Shown here: one piece after another, positions 27,215-39,563 of the stretch
Numbering within the stretch: position 1 is the first letter of the stretch
Layout of the letters: each line of letters begins with the position of its first letter
Origin: Mizuhopecten yessoensis
Taxonomy: Eukaryota
Direction: 5' to 3'
Length of the DNA: 64,000 nt
NCBI RefSeq assembly: GCF_002113885.1
Contig: NW_018403833.1
Coordinates: 837,889 to 901,888, forward strand
Notes under the pieces: model-generated
Told to the model about the DNA's origin: nothing
The model's input: only the letters and a program-made list of their open reading frames with translations
Databases searched by the model: none
Program-made: the position numbers and the translations under genes

Positions 27215-30200
27215 TTGATTGTTTGTGTTTTGCTTGTAACTGAGTGTCACATTGTCTGTTTTGCTTGTAACTGAGTGTTTGTTGTCTGTTTTGCTTGTAA
27301 CTGAATGTTTGTTGTCTGTTTTGCTTGTAACTGAGTGTTTGTTGTCTGTTTTGTTTGTAACTGAGTGATTGTTTGTGTTTTGGTTGTAGCTGAGTGTTTG
27401 TTGTCTATTTTGCTTGTAACTGAGTGTTTGTTGTCTGATTTGTTTGTAAATGAGTGTTTGTTGTCCGTTTTGCTTGTTACTGAGTGTTTGTTGTCTATTT
27501 TGCTTGTAACTGAGTGTTTTTTGTCTGTTTGGCTTGTAACTGAGTGTTAGTTGTCTATTTTGCTTGTAACTGAGTGTTTGTTGTCTGTTTTGCTTGTAAC
27601 TGAGTGTTTGTTGTCTGTTTTGCTTGTAACTGAGTGTTTGTTGTCTGTTTTGCTTGTAACTGAGTGTTTGTTGTCTGTTTTGCTTGTAACTGAGTGTTTG
27701 TTGTCTGTTTTGCTTGTAACTGAGTGTTTGTTGTCTGTTTTGCTTGTAACTGAGTGTTTGTTGTCTGTTTTGCTTGTAACTGAGTGTTTGTTGTCTGTTT
27801 TGCTTGTAACTGAGTGTTTGTTGTCTGTTTTGCTTGTAACTGAGTGTTTGTTGTCTGTTTTGCTTGTAACTGAGTGTTTGTTGTCTGTTTTGCTTGTAAC
27901 TGAGTGTTTGTTGTCTGTTTTGCTTGTAACTGAGTGTTTGTTGTCTGTTTTGCTTGTAACTGAGTGTTTGTTGTCTGTTTTGCTTGTAACTGAGTGTTTG
28001 TTGTCTGTTTTGCTTGTAACTGAGTGTTTGTTGTCTGTTTTGCTTGTAACTGAGTGTTTGTTGTCTGTTTTGCTTGTAACTGAGTGTTTGTTGTCTGTTT
28101 TGCTTGTAACTGAGTGTTTGTTGTCTGTTTTGCTTGTAACTGAGTGTTTGTTGTCTGTTTTGCTTGTAACTGAGTGTTTGTTGTCTGTTTTGCTTGTAAC
28201 TGAGTGTTTGTTGTCTGTTTTGCTTGTAACTGAGTGTTTGTTGTCTGTTTTGCTTGTAACTGAGTGTTTGTTGTCTGTTTTGCTTGTAACTGAGTGTTTG
28301 TTGTCTGTTTTGCTTGTAACTGAGTGTTTGTTGTCTGTTTTGCTTGTAACTGAGTGTTTGTTGTCTGTTTTGCTTGTAACTGAGTGTTTGTTGTCTGTTT
28401 TGCTTGTAACTGAGTGTTTGTTGTCTGTTTTGCTTGTAACTGAGTGTTTGTTGTCTGTTTTGCTTGTAACTGAGTGTTTGTTGTCTGTTTTGCTTGTAAC
28501 TGAGTGTTTGTTGTCTGTTTTGCTTGTAACTGAGTGTTTGTTGTCTGTTTTGCTTGTAACTGAGTGTTTGTTGTCTGTTTTGCTTGTAACTGAGTGTTTG
28601 TTGTCTGTTTTGCTTGTAACTGAGTGTTTGTTGTCTGTTTTGCTTGTAACTGAGTGTTTGTTGTCTGTTTTGCTTGTAACTGAGTGTTTGTTGTCTGTTT
28701 TGCTTGTAACTGAGTGTTTGTTGTCTGTTTTGCTTGTAACTGAGTGTTTGTTGTCTGTTTTGCTTGTAACTGAGTGTTTGTTGTCTGTTTTGCTTGTAAC
28801 TGAGTGTTTGTTGTCTGTTTTGCTTGTAACTGAGTGTTTGTTGTCTGTTTTGCTTGTAACTGAGTGTTTGTTGTCTGTTTTGCTTGTAACTGAGTGTTTT
28901 TTGTCTGTTTTGCTTGTAACTGAGTGTTTGTTGTCTGTTTTGCTTGTAACTGAGTGTTTGTTGTCTGTTTTGCTTGTAACTGAGTGTTTGTTGTCTGTTT
29001 TGCTTGTAACTGAGTGTTTGTTGTCTGTTTTGCTTGTAACTGAGTGTTTGTTGTCTGTTTTGCTTGTAACTGAGTGTTTGTTGTCTGTTTTGCTTGTAAC
29101 TGAGTGTTTGTTGTCTGTTTTGCTTGTAACTGAGTGTTTGTTGTCTGTTTTGCTTGTAACTGAGTGTTTGTTGTCTGTTTTGCTTGTAACTGAGTGTTTG
29201 TTGTCTGTTTTGCTTGTAACTGAGTGTTTGTTGTCTGTTTTGCTTGTTACTGAGTGTTTGTTGTCTGTTTGGCTTGTAACTGAGTGTTTTTTGTCTGTTT
29301 GGCTTGTAACTGAGTGTTTGTTGTCTGTTTTGCTTGTAACTGAGTGTTTGTTGTCTGTTTTGCTTGTAACTGAGTGTTTTTTTGGTCTGTTTTGCTTGTA
29401 ACTGAGTGTATTCTGTCTGTTTTGTTTGTAACTGAGTGTTTGTTGTCTGTTTTGCTTGTTACTGATTTTTTGTTGTCTGTTTTGCTTGTTACTGAGTGTT
29501 TGTTGTCTGTTTTGCTTGTAACTGAGTGTATTCTGTCTGTTTTGTTTGTAACTGAGTGTTTGTTGTCTGTTTTGCTTGTTACTGATTTTTTGTTGTCTGT
29601 TTTGCTTGTTACTGAGTGTTTGTGGTCTGTTTTGCTTGTAACTGAGTGTATTCTGTCTGTTTTGTTTGTAACTGAGTGTTTGTTGTCTGTTTTGCTTGTT
29701 ACTGATTTTTTGTTGTCTGTTTTGCTTGTTACTGAGTGTTTGTTGTCTGTTTTGCTTGTAACTGAGTGTATTCTGTCTGTTTTGTTTGTAACTGAGGGTT
29801 TGTTGTCTGTTTTACTTGTAACTGAGTGTTTGCAGTCTGTTTTACTTGTAACTGAGTGTTTGTTGTCTGTTTTGCTTGTAACTGAGTGTTTGTTGTCTGT
29901 TTTACTTGTAACTGAGTGTTTTTTTTGTCTGTTTTGCTTGTAACTGAGTATTTGTTGTCTGTTTTGCTTGTAACTGAGTGTATGTTATCTGTTTTGCTTG
30001 TAACTGAATGTTTGTTGTCTTTTTTGCTTGTAATTGAGTGTTTGTTGTCTGTTTTAATTGTAACTGAGTGTTTTTTGTATGTTTTGCTTGTAACTGAGTG
30101 TTTTTTGTCTGTTTTGCTTGTAACTGAATGTTTGTTGTCTGTTTTGCTTGTAACTGAGTGTTTTTTGTCTGTTTTGCTTATTATTAAACTGAGTGTTTTT
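27215..30200 (+). repeat. 30-bp T/G-rich minisatellite, about 99 copies
   Basis: Unit tgagtgtttgttgtctgttttgcttgtaac, near-perfect over about 27570-29240; a 120-bp 4-mer higher-order repeat occupies about 29385-29800. Confidence 0.99.
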
Positions 30201-30380
30201 GACTGCTTACTTGCGACAGTTGTTTTTTGTACTGTTTCGTTGCAACTGAAAGTTTATACCTACTGTTTGTATACAATGGAACGTGTACATTAGTTTGGAT
30301 CTGAGTGTAAATGGCCATGTGTGCACTACTTTGATTTTGTGATAAACCTGACTTCTAATGTCATAATCTATTCACCACAG

Positions 30381-30467
30381 ATTTGCCAGTCTGATACAAT
30401 TGATGACAAACATCAATGAAGCTGAAAATTGGTTTATAGTAATGTTAATTCCAATATTCCAAAAGAG
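30381..30467 (+). other. Candidate 87-nt spliced exon
   Basis: Acceptor ttcaccacag with an upstream tctaat branch-like motif, donor gag|gtaaga, length divisible by 3, one open frame (FASLIQLMTNINEAENWFIVMLIPIFQK). No homology recognised. Confidence 0.2.
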
Positions 30468-31574
30468 GTAAGAATTAGAAATTAGGAATGAAATAACCTA
30501 CTTATAAAATAAATAGGATACATTAGGACATGCCGTGTACAGTCAACTGGTGTAACATAGCTTATGTATATAAGTACAGAGGATATCTCAGTAATAATGG
30601 GTAGACTTAAGTCTTACTAAATGGGTTAATTTTCCACCCCAGTTTACACATTCAATGATAGGGGTGTTATACATCTCTGTTATAGGTGTATTACCTATGT
30701 AAGTATACTATCAGTCGCGGTGTTAAAGATCAAAGCCAGCGGTATATACCCCTATTATGTACGAATGGTACTATAGGGGACTAAAACCTTTGAGGGATAA
30801 AAGCTTTCCCAGGTGTTAGTATGTAATACTTTAACCAAATTGACCAATTCTTGGCTCTAACACCCTATTGGTCAGTTCTAATACCCTATTGGTCATTCTG
30901 TAATACCCTTGGGTCAAGAGGCTAGCTTAACAAACTTGCCTAGATTACACAATGTTTAATGTACTGGTCTTTTGGCACTTGGACTGATGGTTAGATAATA
31001 TTTAGACAATACCATTTTGAGTACCTGTGGATATGTTCGAGGATACTTGGGTAATGACATGTTTATACGTATTTGATAAGGGACCATTTTTGCCTTTGAT
31101 TAAGGCTCGTCCTGCAGCTGGCAAATTCACTTGTTCAAATAATTTCGTGTGCATGTTTACCTGAGGTTTGTCAACACCGGACAGAGTGGGTGGTCAAAAG
31201 TAAACAATTCTTGACCAGTGTCCAGCCCAGTTCTACACAAACCAGACCAGTGTATATACACGGAAGGTTGATCTTCGGATGTTGTCTTTGGCGGTTAAGG
31301 ACTTCACAATTGAAATTTTGTAATGAAGGTTTTCAAATAGTTGAGTTTGAAGCTTTCAGGAAGCGAGAGTGTATTCAGAATCAATAAAGATACTGTATAT
31401 TGAGATATTTTCGTGGATGGGAATTTTTGGCAAATTTATTTAAAACGACATAAAACCTCAACAACCTTTATATCACATATAACCAAAGTCAGTTAATAAT
31501 CTAAATCGCATTTAATTACAATTAATTAAAATTAACCAGTATTGCATTCAATGTCAAAAGTCATTTACAGGTTT

Positions 31575-31925
31575 TAATTATGTTTCTTAAATACCGCTTT
31601 ATCACAACCTAGTTCGTAGGTCGTCTATCTCAAGCGGTTCACAAATTATTATCCGTGGTTATAGGACGTACCTTTGCAACCAGCCAATATCTTTCTCAAC
31701 TCCCTGGGAAGCATACAGCTGGTGCTGCCATTTCGGCGCTCACAGCTAGCATTCAACAATTCTAGCACTGCCCAACCACATACTCATTTACAGCTGAATA
31801 GACTGGAACAAGTGGAGTAAAGTATCTTGTTCAAAGATACATACAACACATTGCCGTGCCGTGACTCGAACCCGCAACCCTTCGGTCACGAACCCAGCGT
31901 CCCACCACTAGACTTCCATGGCTCC
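31575..31925 (-). mobile_element. tRNA-derived CORE-type SINE, copy 1
   Basis: Minus strand: A box gtctagtggt, B box ggttcgagtc, CORE-like tttgaacaagatacttt...cagctgtaaatgagta and an L2-like tail. Highly similar to 48068-48422. Confidence 0.85.
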
Positions 31926-32967
31926 TAACTGTTTACAGTTATAGGATATTGGTTAGGAGGACCACATACCTCCATCTTGGATTACTAAGCAAGACATAGG
32001 AAGTTTATTATTGTCGCAAAATTTCATGTAGTCTATGTAGACTAATAACATTCAAGAAAACAATTTAACGTGGTCCTACATGTATTTAGTATCTATCATT
32101 TCGCCTGATGTGTAGCGTAATCTGTTGTAACGAGATTCCGTCTCATTCCAGTCTACATTATATATCTGATAATGTTAGCTCGAAATGCATTTCAAATATT
32201 GAAAAGTTTTTAATATAATTAGAGATGAGTGGAACATGTGTTTGGGGATTTCAATGCTTTCTAGTTATCAGATTTGTTTTTATGATTCAATTAGCATACA
32301 CTTCAACAGGAGTGTGGAGGAATTGAAATAGTTATATGTTTGTCTGGAGATTTACGATATTTTCCACAATACCAAGTTCGTCTGATATATAATTTAATTT
32401 CCACAACTGGAGATGTCCTCGTTGTAATTCCAGAAAATTGCCTTTTTACATCTTCAGTCAATTTCAAAAGTTCATGGAGTTAGTGCAATCAAATCTTGAG
32501 TCAATTTAATTGAATTTTGCTGCTAGATTTTTTATAATTATAATTAACTTGTTGAAAACTGCTGAACATAGCTTCTTTTGTGGAACTGCATCTCATAAAG
32601 GAATCGAGGAAATTTGTATCGAAATTAAAAATAAATAAATAGTGCATGCTTGTTTACCACTTCACCTGATGTTGAAAATTAAAGTTCTCTTGGCCTTTCA
32701 GGTCTCATATATACTGTAAAACCTGGTTAGTATCTCCGCGGTACTCATCATTATAACATTTGGTAAAGTTAAATTGGAAGCATTTGTTAATTTCGGTCAC
32801 CGATAAAAGTCCATGTGACCTTTCCAGTGCTAATAGAATGAGAGGCTGTTCTATAACTAGCAACCATTATAATGTTCTGACACCTTATGGAGCTCTCGGT
32901 TAAAACAAACTGTGGTATGTGGAAGTTTTTGTGACTCTACGATTTCAATTCCTGCCATTTTCTATGG

Positions 32968-33030
32968 AAAATACTTGTAATTACTAAATACTTGTAATTA
33001 CTAAATACTTGTAATTACTAAATACTTGTA
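32968..33030 (+). repeat. 17-bp tandem repeat, about 3.5 copies
   Basis: aaatacttgtaattact repeated. Confidence 0.9.
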
Positions 33031-33489
33031 GGTGGAATTAGAGTGCTATTATCAGCAGGGCTCTTGAACTGTTATCATTGATATATTTCCACATTTGTAA
33101 AACAGTCGAGCACATTCAAAGTGTGATGGCCGATAACGTTATTCTACTTGACATTTCCTCCAGGTATGAATCACGCTTTCTTTACATGCAATAGCAACAT
33201 CAAACCTAAAATCAATATTGGAAAAAAAAAATGGATTACGGAGCTCCAATTTCTAGTCAGTCGAAATGATATTGTCCAAAACATGCCAACCCATGTTTTT
33301 TTTATTACCAAGTTCCATATGGAATTTGCTGGCAATGTATATCACACTTAGCTAATAATGGATCACACTGTATATAGCAGTTCTCCATTAAAATTTCAAA
33401 TATTGCTTTCATTTGCTTACTCTCCGGTTCTGATAGATTATATCAATATTTAACCCAAATAAATCTGAAGCTGTGTCAAGGAAAAGTGA

Positions 33490-33712
33490 AGGGGGGACTG
33501 GGCTCTAATGATCAGTATCACTATAACTCTTACAGAAGGGGGGAGGGGCTCTGATTATCAGTATCACTATAACTCTTACAGAAGGGGCGAGGGGCTCTGA
33601 TGATCAGTATCACTATAACTCTTACAGAAGGGGGGAGGGACTCTAATGATCAGTATCACTATAACTCTTACAGAGGGGGGGCTCTAATGATCAGTATCAC
33701 TATAACTCTTAC
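33490..33712 (+). repeat. 46-bp tandem repeat, 5 copies
   Basis: gctctaatgatcagtatcactataactcttacagaagggggg...; the first three copies start at 33502, 33548 and 33594. Confidence 0.95.
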
Positions 33713-34389
33713 TGAAATCAGTCTATTTAGTTTTGTAATAGTAAGAAGTTTTTTTGTGATGAATAACTAAATACAAGATCAAAGGCGATACTTATTAGCC
33801 CTTGTCCCTCTCCATACCCCCCAGGACAGGAATCTGTCCTAAGTAAGCTTGTGGATAGTGTTAGGGTCCTGATGTAGGGGTCAGGGGTCAGCACATTGTA
33901 TCTAGTGTACAGGTCAGCATGACTGATCACCCATACAACCTTGATAGGGGTCTCCAATTACGAGGTCATGTCCTGTAATTCATACAGGTGCCTCCACTTA
34001 CAAGGTCTTGTTCCTTGTTCGTAATTAACACGAGTCTGTATTGTCATTGTCGGAGGTGTGAAGATCAAGGGGAACATAACGAATTAGGAATGTCCCTTTA
34101 TAACGTTGTTTCGTGAGATATCGTGAAATAGGTGTTACTATCTCCGGTACAGGTATCTTAAGTGGTAAGTGCTACTGTTGGTAATTATACCAGCACAGAA
34201 CATCTAATTAAACATTTCTATTACCACAAAGGACCTCACCGAATAGTAATGCTTCGTTAGTTTTTGAAACTGATACCTATATCATAGAGATGTTATTTAT
34301 GACAAATTTGAGCTGGTTTGTGTCGAGGTTAACAGGGACAATGTTGTATCTGTGGTATACCACTCAGCTTAAAAAGGTACGGCACTGTT

Positions 34390-35371
34390 TTTAGGTCACC
34401 TGAGCTTTAGCTCAAGTGACCTATTGCTATCCGTTTTCGTCCGTCCGTCGTCCGTCGTCCGTTAACATTTTACATTTCAAACTTAAAGTCAAGTTCTGCT
34501 GGGCCGATTGAACTGAAAGTTGGTAGGAATGATCGCCTCATGGTCCTGACAAAGTGTTGTTATTTTTCGGGTCGATCAGAAATCCAATATGGCCGCCACG
34601 GCCACCATTTTGAAAACCTATTTCAAACTTAAAGTCAAGTTCTGCTGGACCGATTGAACTGAAAGTTGGTAGGAATGATCGCCTCATGGTCCTGACAAAG
34701 TGTTGTTATTTTTTGGGTCGATCAGAAATCCAATATGGCCACCACGGCCGCCATTTTGAAAACCTATTTCAAACTTAAAGTCAAGTTCTGCTGGACCGAT
34801 TGAACTTAAAGTTTGTAGGAATGATCGACTCATGGTCCTGACAAAGTGTTGTTATTTTTCAGGTCAATCATAAATCCAATATGGCCGCCACGGCCACCAT
34901 TTTGAAAACATATTTCAAACTTAAAGTCAAGTTCTGCTAGGCCGATTGAACTGAAACTTTGTAGGAATGATTGACTCATGGTCCTGACAAAGTGTTGTTA
35001 TTTTTCAGGTCGATCAGAAATCCAATATGGCCACCACAGCTGCCATTTTGGTAAACTATTTCAAACTTAAAGTAAAGATCTACTTGGCCGATTGAACTGA
35101 AACTTTGTAGGAATGATCGAATCATGGTCCTGACAAAGTGTTGTTATTTTTCGGGTCAATCAGAAATACAATTTGGCTGCCATGGCCGCTATTTTGCTAC
35201 TAAGTTCTAATAGGCCGATCTCACTTAAAATTGGTCTAGGAATGATCAGCTCATGGTCCTGACAAAGTTAAGTTAACATTATACTATTTTTTACTCAAAT
35301 TGGTACATATTTCAACAACAAAAATAAATACTATAGACTCAGGTGACCGTTAAGGCCCATGGGCCTCTTGT
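34390..35371 (+). mobile_element. Intact Pearl/HINE-type non-autonomous Helentron carrying a 146-bp satellite array
   Basis: 5' aggtcacctgag-ctttag-ctcaagtgacct stem-loop and gtcc/gtc microsatellite. Five 146-bp units (34474, 34620, 34766, 34912, 35058) plus a partial unit. 3' subTIR ctcaggtgacc and terminal palindrome aggcccatgggcct. The element starts in a T-run. Confidence 0.92.
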
Positions 35372-35873
35372 ATTAATGGCCATGTTGACGAGATAGGAAT
35401 ATTACAAATGTGTCGTGTCTGATGAAGCAAGATCACACAAACCAGCCACATATATGCCAAGTCTATGTATTTTTTTATTCTGACCCCCTATTTTTCATCA
35501 TCTTTTTTTTTATCTTTTAAATCAGCAGAATTTCCGAAATGTTGCCTTTTGCAGTGATTGAATTAGTTCATTGCATAGAACAAGCATAAACTATATGTCC
35601 TTTTCCAGGCCGAAACAAATCCCCTTTTGGCTCTCACATCTTTAAGCCTTAGGGTCAGGGCTAAACAATAGGGTAGGTAGAGAGAGGCAAAACACAAAGT
35701 TTACTTTTGCCTAATGGATAAGGGAGTCAAGTAAAAAATATATATCAGACCAGAAATAAGCCCAAGGGGCCTGCAAATAATCTCTGAATTCTCTAAAAAT
35801 GACTGAAAAATACGATGTTAGTCCGGGACACTAAAATTGATTGTCGGTAGCACAAACAAAACCATAGAAGGTT

Positions 35874-35942
35874 TGGTTTTTGGCAGGCTTTATCTGAAAA
35901 GGACAGCTTGGTTTTTGGCAGGCTTTATCTGAAAAGGACAGC
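35874..35942 (+). repeat. About 35-bp direct duplication
   Basis: ttggtttttggcaggctttatctgaaaaggacagc occurs twice in tandem. Confidence 0.9.
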
Positions 35943-36059
35943 ATTTTGTCTGCGGTTCCCTGGTGTCCTTTATCGTGGTTGAGCCATTCCGGAGTATCCT
36001 AATAGCTACAGGTCTGACTGATGGTATCAGTAGACACCCTTATCCATAGACAACCACTC

Positions 36060-37090
36060 AGGAAAACGTTGCTGCAAAGTTCTATCTGTAAAGAAGCGAT
36101 TCACTACACATTGTCACCAAAAATATAGCAAACAAGTTTAGAAGATCAATGATATTATGGCTAGAATTATATAGTGAATATGGTAATGCAGATAACATAA
36201 CGGAGGAACTGTATGACGTTATTTATACAAATATCCAGACATGTTTTGATATTTTTTAAAAGCATTCATGCTGGAAACTGAAAAAAGGCATCCGTTATCC
36301 AAAACAGCTCCACACAGGGTGTCTGGTCAAATATCTGTCTGAATGGTAATTTGAACTTTGTCAACTTCTTGAGAACGCATTTGAAAGATAGTAAATATAT
36401 TTACATACTAAGCAATTATAAAATATTTATCAAGGGAGATAATTCAAGTAAAAAATTACAGGTATACCAAGAAATGTGTATTGTAATCTAATGTAGACGA
36501 TCCCTTCACTTCACTTCTGTATACAGACATTTTTTAAAGTTATTTTCCTTTTAAATTTATATCTTATTTCCTCTATATTCATACAGAGATTACTATAAGT
36601 TGGTGATCTTTTTAGGGAGTTAGAACATTATGAAGTAACCGTATTCCCTTGTAATGTACTTGCAGAAAGGTATTGACAAAACAAATTACATGGCTGGTAG
36701 TAAAATGGATGAGCTCCCTGCTTTATAATCAAGATAGCCAGTGATCAAATCCCCGAGGCAGAGCTAAAATGCTTTTGTGGAAAAGAAAACGATGATAAAT
36801 ATGTTTCTTTTGTATATACAAAATGTAACACTTTACTTAAGTAAATGGGCAAGCAACTCGATCTTAGAAAAATGTTCAATAATTCGGAACTCTTCTTCTT
36901 TGGAGATTCTACACAGAGCTCTGGGACTCTCCACCTTAATGATGTGGGTATCAGTTTGAACATTTATAGTGACAGGATTGCATGTAGTCTACACACTAGT
37001 TCTATTATCAGGAGTCTTTCTGATCCTTGTGGCTGATATTGAAAGTTACATGAAAATAGCAGGGTCATTATGATTTAGATTATAGGACGG
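36060..37090 (+). pseudogene. Decayed Penelope-like element reverse transcriptase relic
   Basis: Collinear motifs YDVIYTNIQ (cf. FSTLYTNIP), VGDLF...YE (cf. ADLFL..YE), MDELPAL (cf. YIDDLL), AELK...KENDDKYVSF, KQLDLRKMFN (cf. KLYDKRDDFN) and DVGISLNIYSDRIACS (cf. GVYISQLIRYARACS). Many stops; apparently interrupted at about 36395-36590. Confidence 0.5.
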
Positions 37091-38154
37091 TGTTACATTG
37101 GTATGCATGTTGTATGAAATGTGCCATTCTGTGTTTCCTGTACTTACAATTGAGCATTGATGTCTAGACTCGGAAAGATATTCTGATCAATGAATACCCA
37201 TGGCGACTTCATCCTACTGAGTTCTCTGGGAGTGGAGATCTCCAAACATGATAAACTCTAAGCTACAGAGTGCAATTTTTAAACGGTAAAACCAGATTTA
37301 TTTTTTAAATTCTTCATTAGGGAGAAGTTAGTTTTCACAAATTTTGCTTAAGTCTGATCCTTTTTAATCCATAAAATATGTAGGTTTTTAGGTCTGCATG
37401 GCAGCAAAAAATGAAAGAAATTGCCAACAGAAATACTGTGTTAATAGCATTAAGGCACATGTTTTTCCCTGGCAGTGTGTTTGAATGTGGCACATTTTGG
37501 GTGTTTTCTTTAGCTTCAAGCAGGGATTTTCTATACTGTTGGACACGGTTGAATCAGGTACAAATAAAATAGGACCACATCTATTATCTATTGAATCCCA
37601 TGATTTTAAAGCGCTTTTCTAGTTCACTGCAGTTTGTCTAGTCATCACCCACACTGTCAGGTTTTTCTTGTGTATTTTTCTCACCTATCCCAAAACTTAT
37701 TACACCTGAAAATTAACAAAAGCCGGAAATCATTGAGGTTTCTTAAGATAGTTTCTGTGGATTTAAATAGACGAGTTTTAACAGTCTACTTTTCTAAGTC
37801 ACAAATATATGTTCCAATTTCAACATTTGCCTGGAAGATTTTTTGAGTGAATATCACCATGAAATGATCTAAAAGAGTTAAATAGAAGCAAGTGAATAGG
37901 TCAGGTAGAATTAAAAACATTGTCTGGATTCTGTAATCCCCAACCCAAACAAAGCTTAATAGGCAGAAAGTCGAACAATTATATTTGTCTTCTGGTAGAC
38001 TATTTAAACAAGATAAGACAACAAGGAAAACAAAGTATAAATAAGTCGATGAATATATGACACAACAAATGTCTGGTATAGTAAATGATCTGTTTATAAA
38101 ATAGTTCAACAATATCAAGTGTTTTGTGTTCTGTTGCATGGCAATGTAGCTGAA

Positions 38155-38320
38155 CAGTGTTACCTGTTTAATCTGACACCTGAATATTCCGATATATCCA
38201 AAACACATCTGTAATGAATACCTTATAGACCTAACAAATAAAGATGCATATTGTGACAACCTAACTTACTCAAGAATTGTGTTGGATCCAAAAGGATGTC
38301 GGATAAGACAGGATTCAGTG
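38155..38320. mobile_element. pogo/Tigger-like MITE (166 bp), same family as 20685-20852
   Basis: Left end cagtgttacctgtttaatctgacacc; right end ggatgtcggataagacaggattcagtg; internal tgaatattccgatat shared with the 20685 copy. Confidence 0.6.
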
Positions 38321-39563
38321 GACACCAGAGGGCAATGTAGTTATACTCCATTGACTTGTAACTAACACCAGAGGGCACTGTAGTTATAATCCATTGACTT
38401 GTAACTAACACCAGAGGGCACTGTAGTTATACTCCATTGACTTGTAACTAACATCAGAGGGCACTGTAGTTATACTCCATTGACTTGTAACTAACACCAG
38501 AGGGCACTGTAGTTATAATCCATTGACTTGTAACTAACACCAGAGGGCACTGTAGTTTGACTTTACTGAATTGTAATTTAACACCAGACGGCACTGTAGT
38601 TTGACTTTACTGACTTGTAATTAACACCAGGGGGCACTGTAGTTTGACTTGTAATTAACACTAGAGGGCACCGTAGTTTGACTTTACTGAATTGTAATTG
38701 ACACCAGAGGGCACTGTAGTTTGACTTAACTGACTTGTAATTGACACCAGAGGGCACTGTAGTTTGACTTAACTGACTTGTAATTGACACCAGAGGGCAC
38801 TGTAGTTTGAATTTACTGACTTGTAATTGACACCAAAGGGCACTGTAGTTTGACTTAACTGACTTATAATTGACACCAGAGGGCACTGTAGTTTGACTTT
38901 ACTAAATTGTAATTGACACCAGAGGGCACTGTAGTTTGACTTAACTGACTTGTAATTGACACCAGAGGGCACTGTAGTTTGACTTAACTGACTTGTAATA
39001 GACACCAGAGGGCACTGTAGTTTGACTTTACTGACTTGTAATTGACACCAGAGGGCACTGTAGTTTGACTTTACTGACTTGTAATTGACACCAGAGGGCA
39101 CCGTTGTTTGACTTTACTGACTTGTAATTGACACCAGAGGTCACTGTAATTTGACTTTACTGACTTGTAATTGACACCAGAGGGCACTAGTTTGACTTTA
39201 CTGAGTTGTAATTGACACCAGAGGGTTCTGTAGTTTGACTTTACTGACTTGTAATTAACACCAGGGGGCACTGTAGTTTGACTTCACTGACTTGTAATTA
39301 ACACCAGGGGGCACTGTAGTTTGACTTTACTGACTTGTAATTGACACCAGAGGTCACTATAGTTTGACAATACTGATTTGTAAAACCAGAGGGCACTGTA
39401 ATTTGACTTTATTGATTTGTTACACCAAAGGGCACTTTCTTTTGAACTAACTGACATACTTGATACCAGAGGGCACTTTAGTTTGACTTTACTGAATTGT
39501 AACACCAGATGGCAATGTAGTTTGATTTAACTGACATACTTGTAACCAGAGGGCACTGTAGTT
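38321..39563 (+). repeat. 43-bp minisatellite, about 29 copies, most carrying a CTCF-like motif
   Basis: Unit gacaccagagggcactgtagtttgactttactgacttgtaatt; the first five or so units carry the variant linker tatactccattgacttgtaact. Confidence 0.97.

Noticed and set aside
27551-29401. 616-aa (LLSVLLVTEC)n ORF
   Set aside because: It is read-through of a 30-bp satellite with identical codons and no ATG start; frameshifts at 29385 and 29925 are tolerated.
31860-31925. tRNA genes here and at about 10024 and 48360
   Set aside because: The A/B boxes continue into SINE cores and tails, and I could not see a complete cloverleaf.
37786-38259. 157-aa minus-strand ORF
   Set aside because: Its composition is what AT-rich random sequence gives, it overlaps a MITE, and no homology was recognised.
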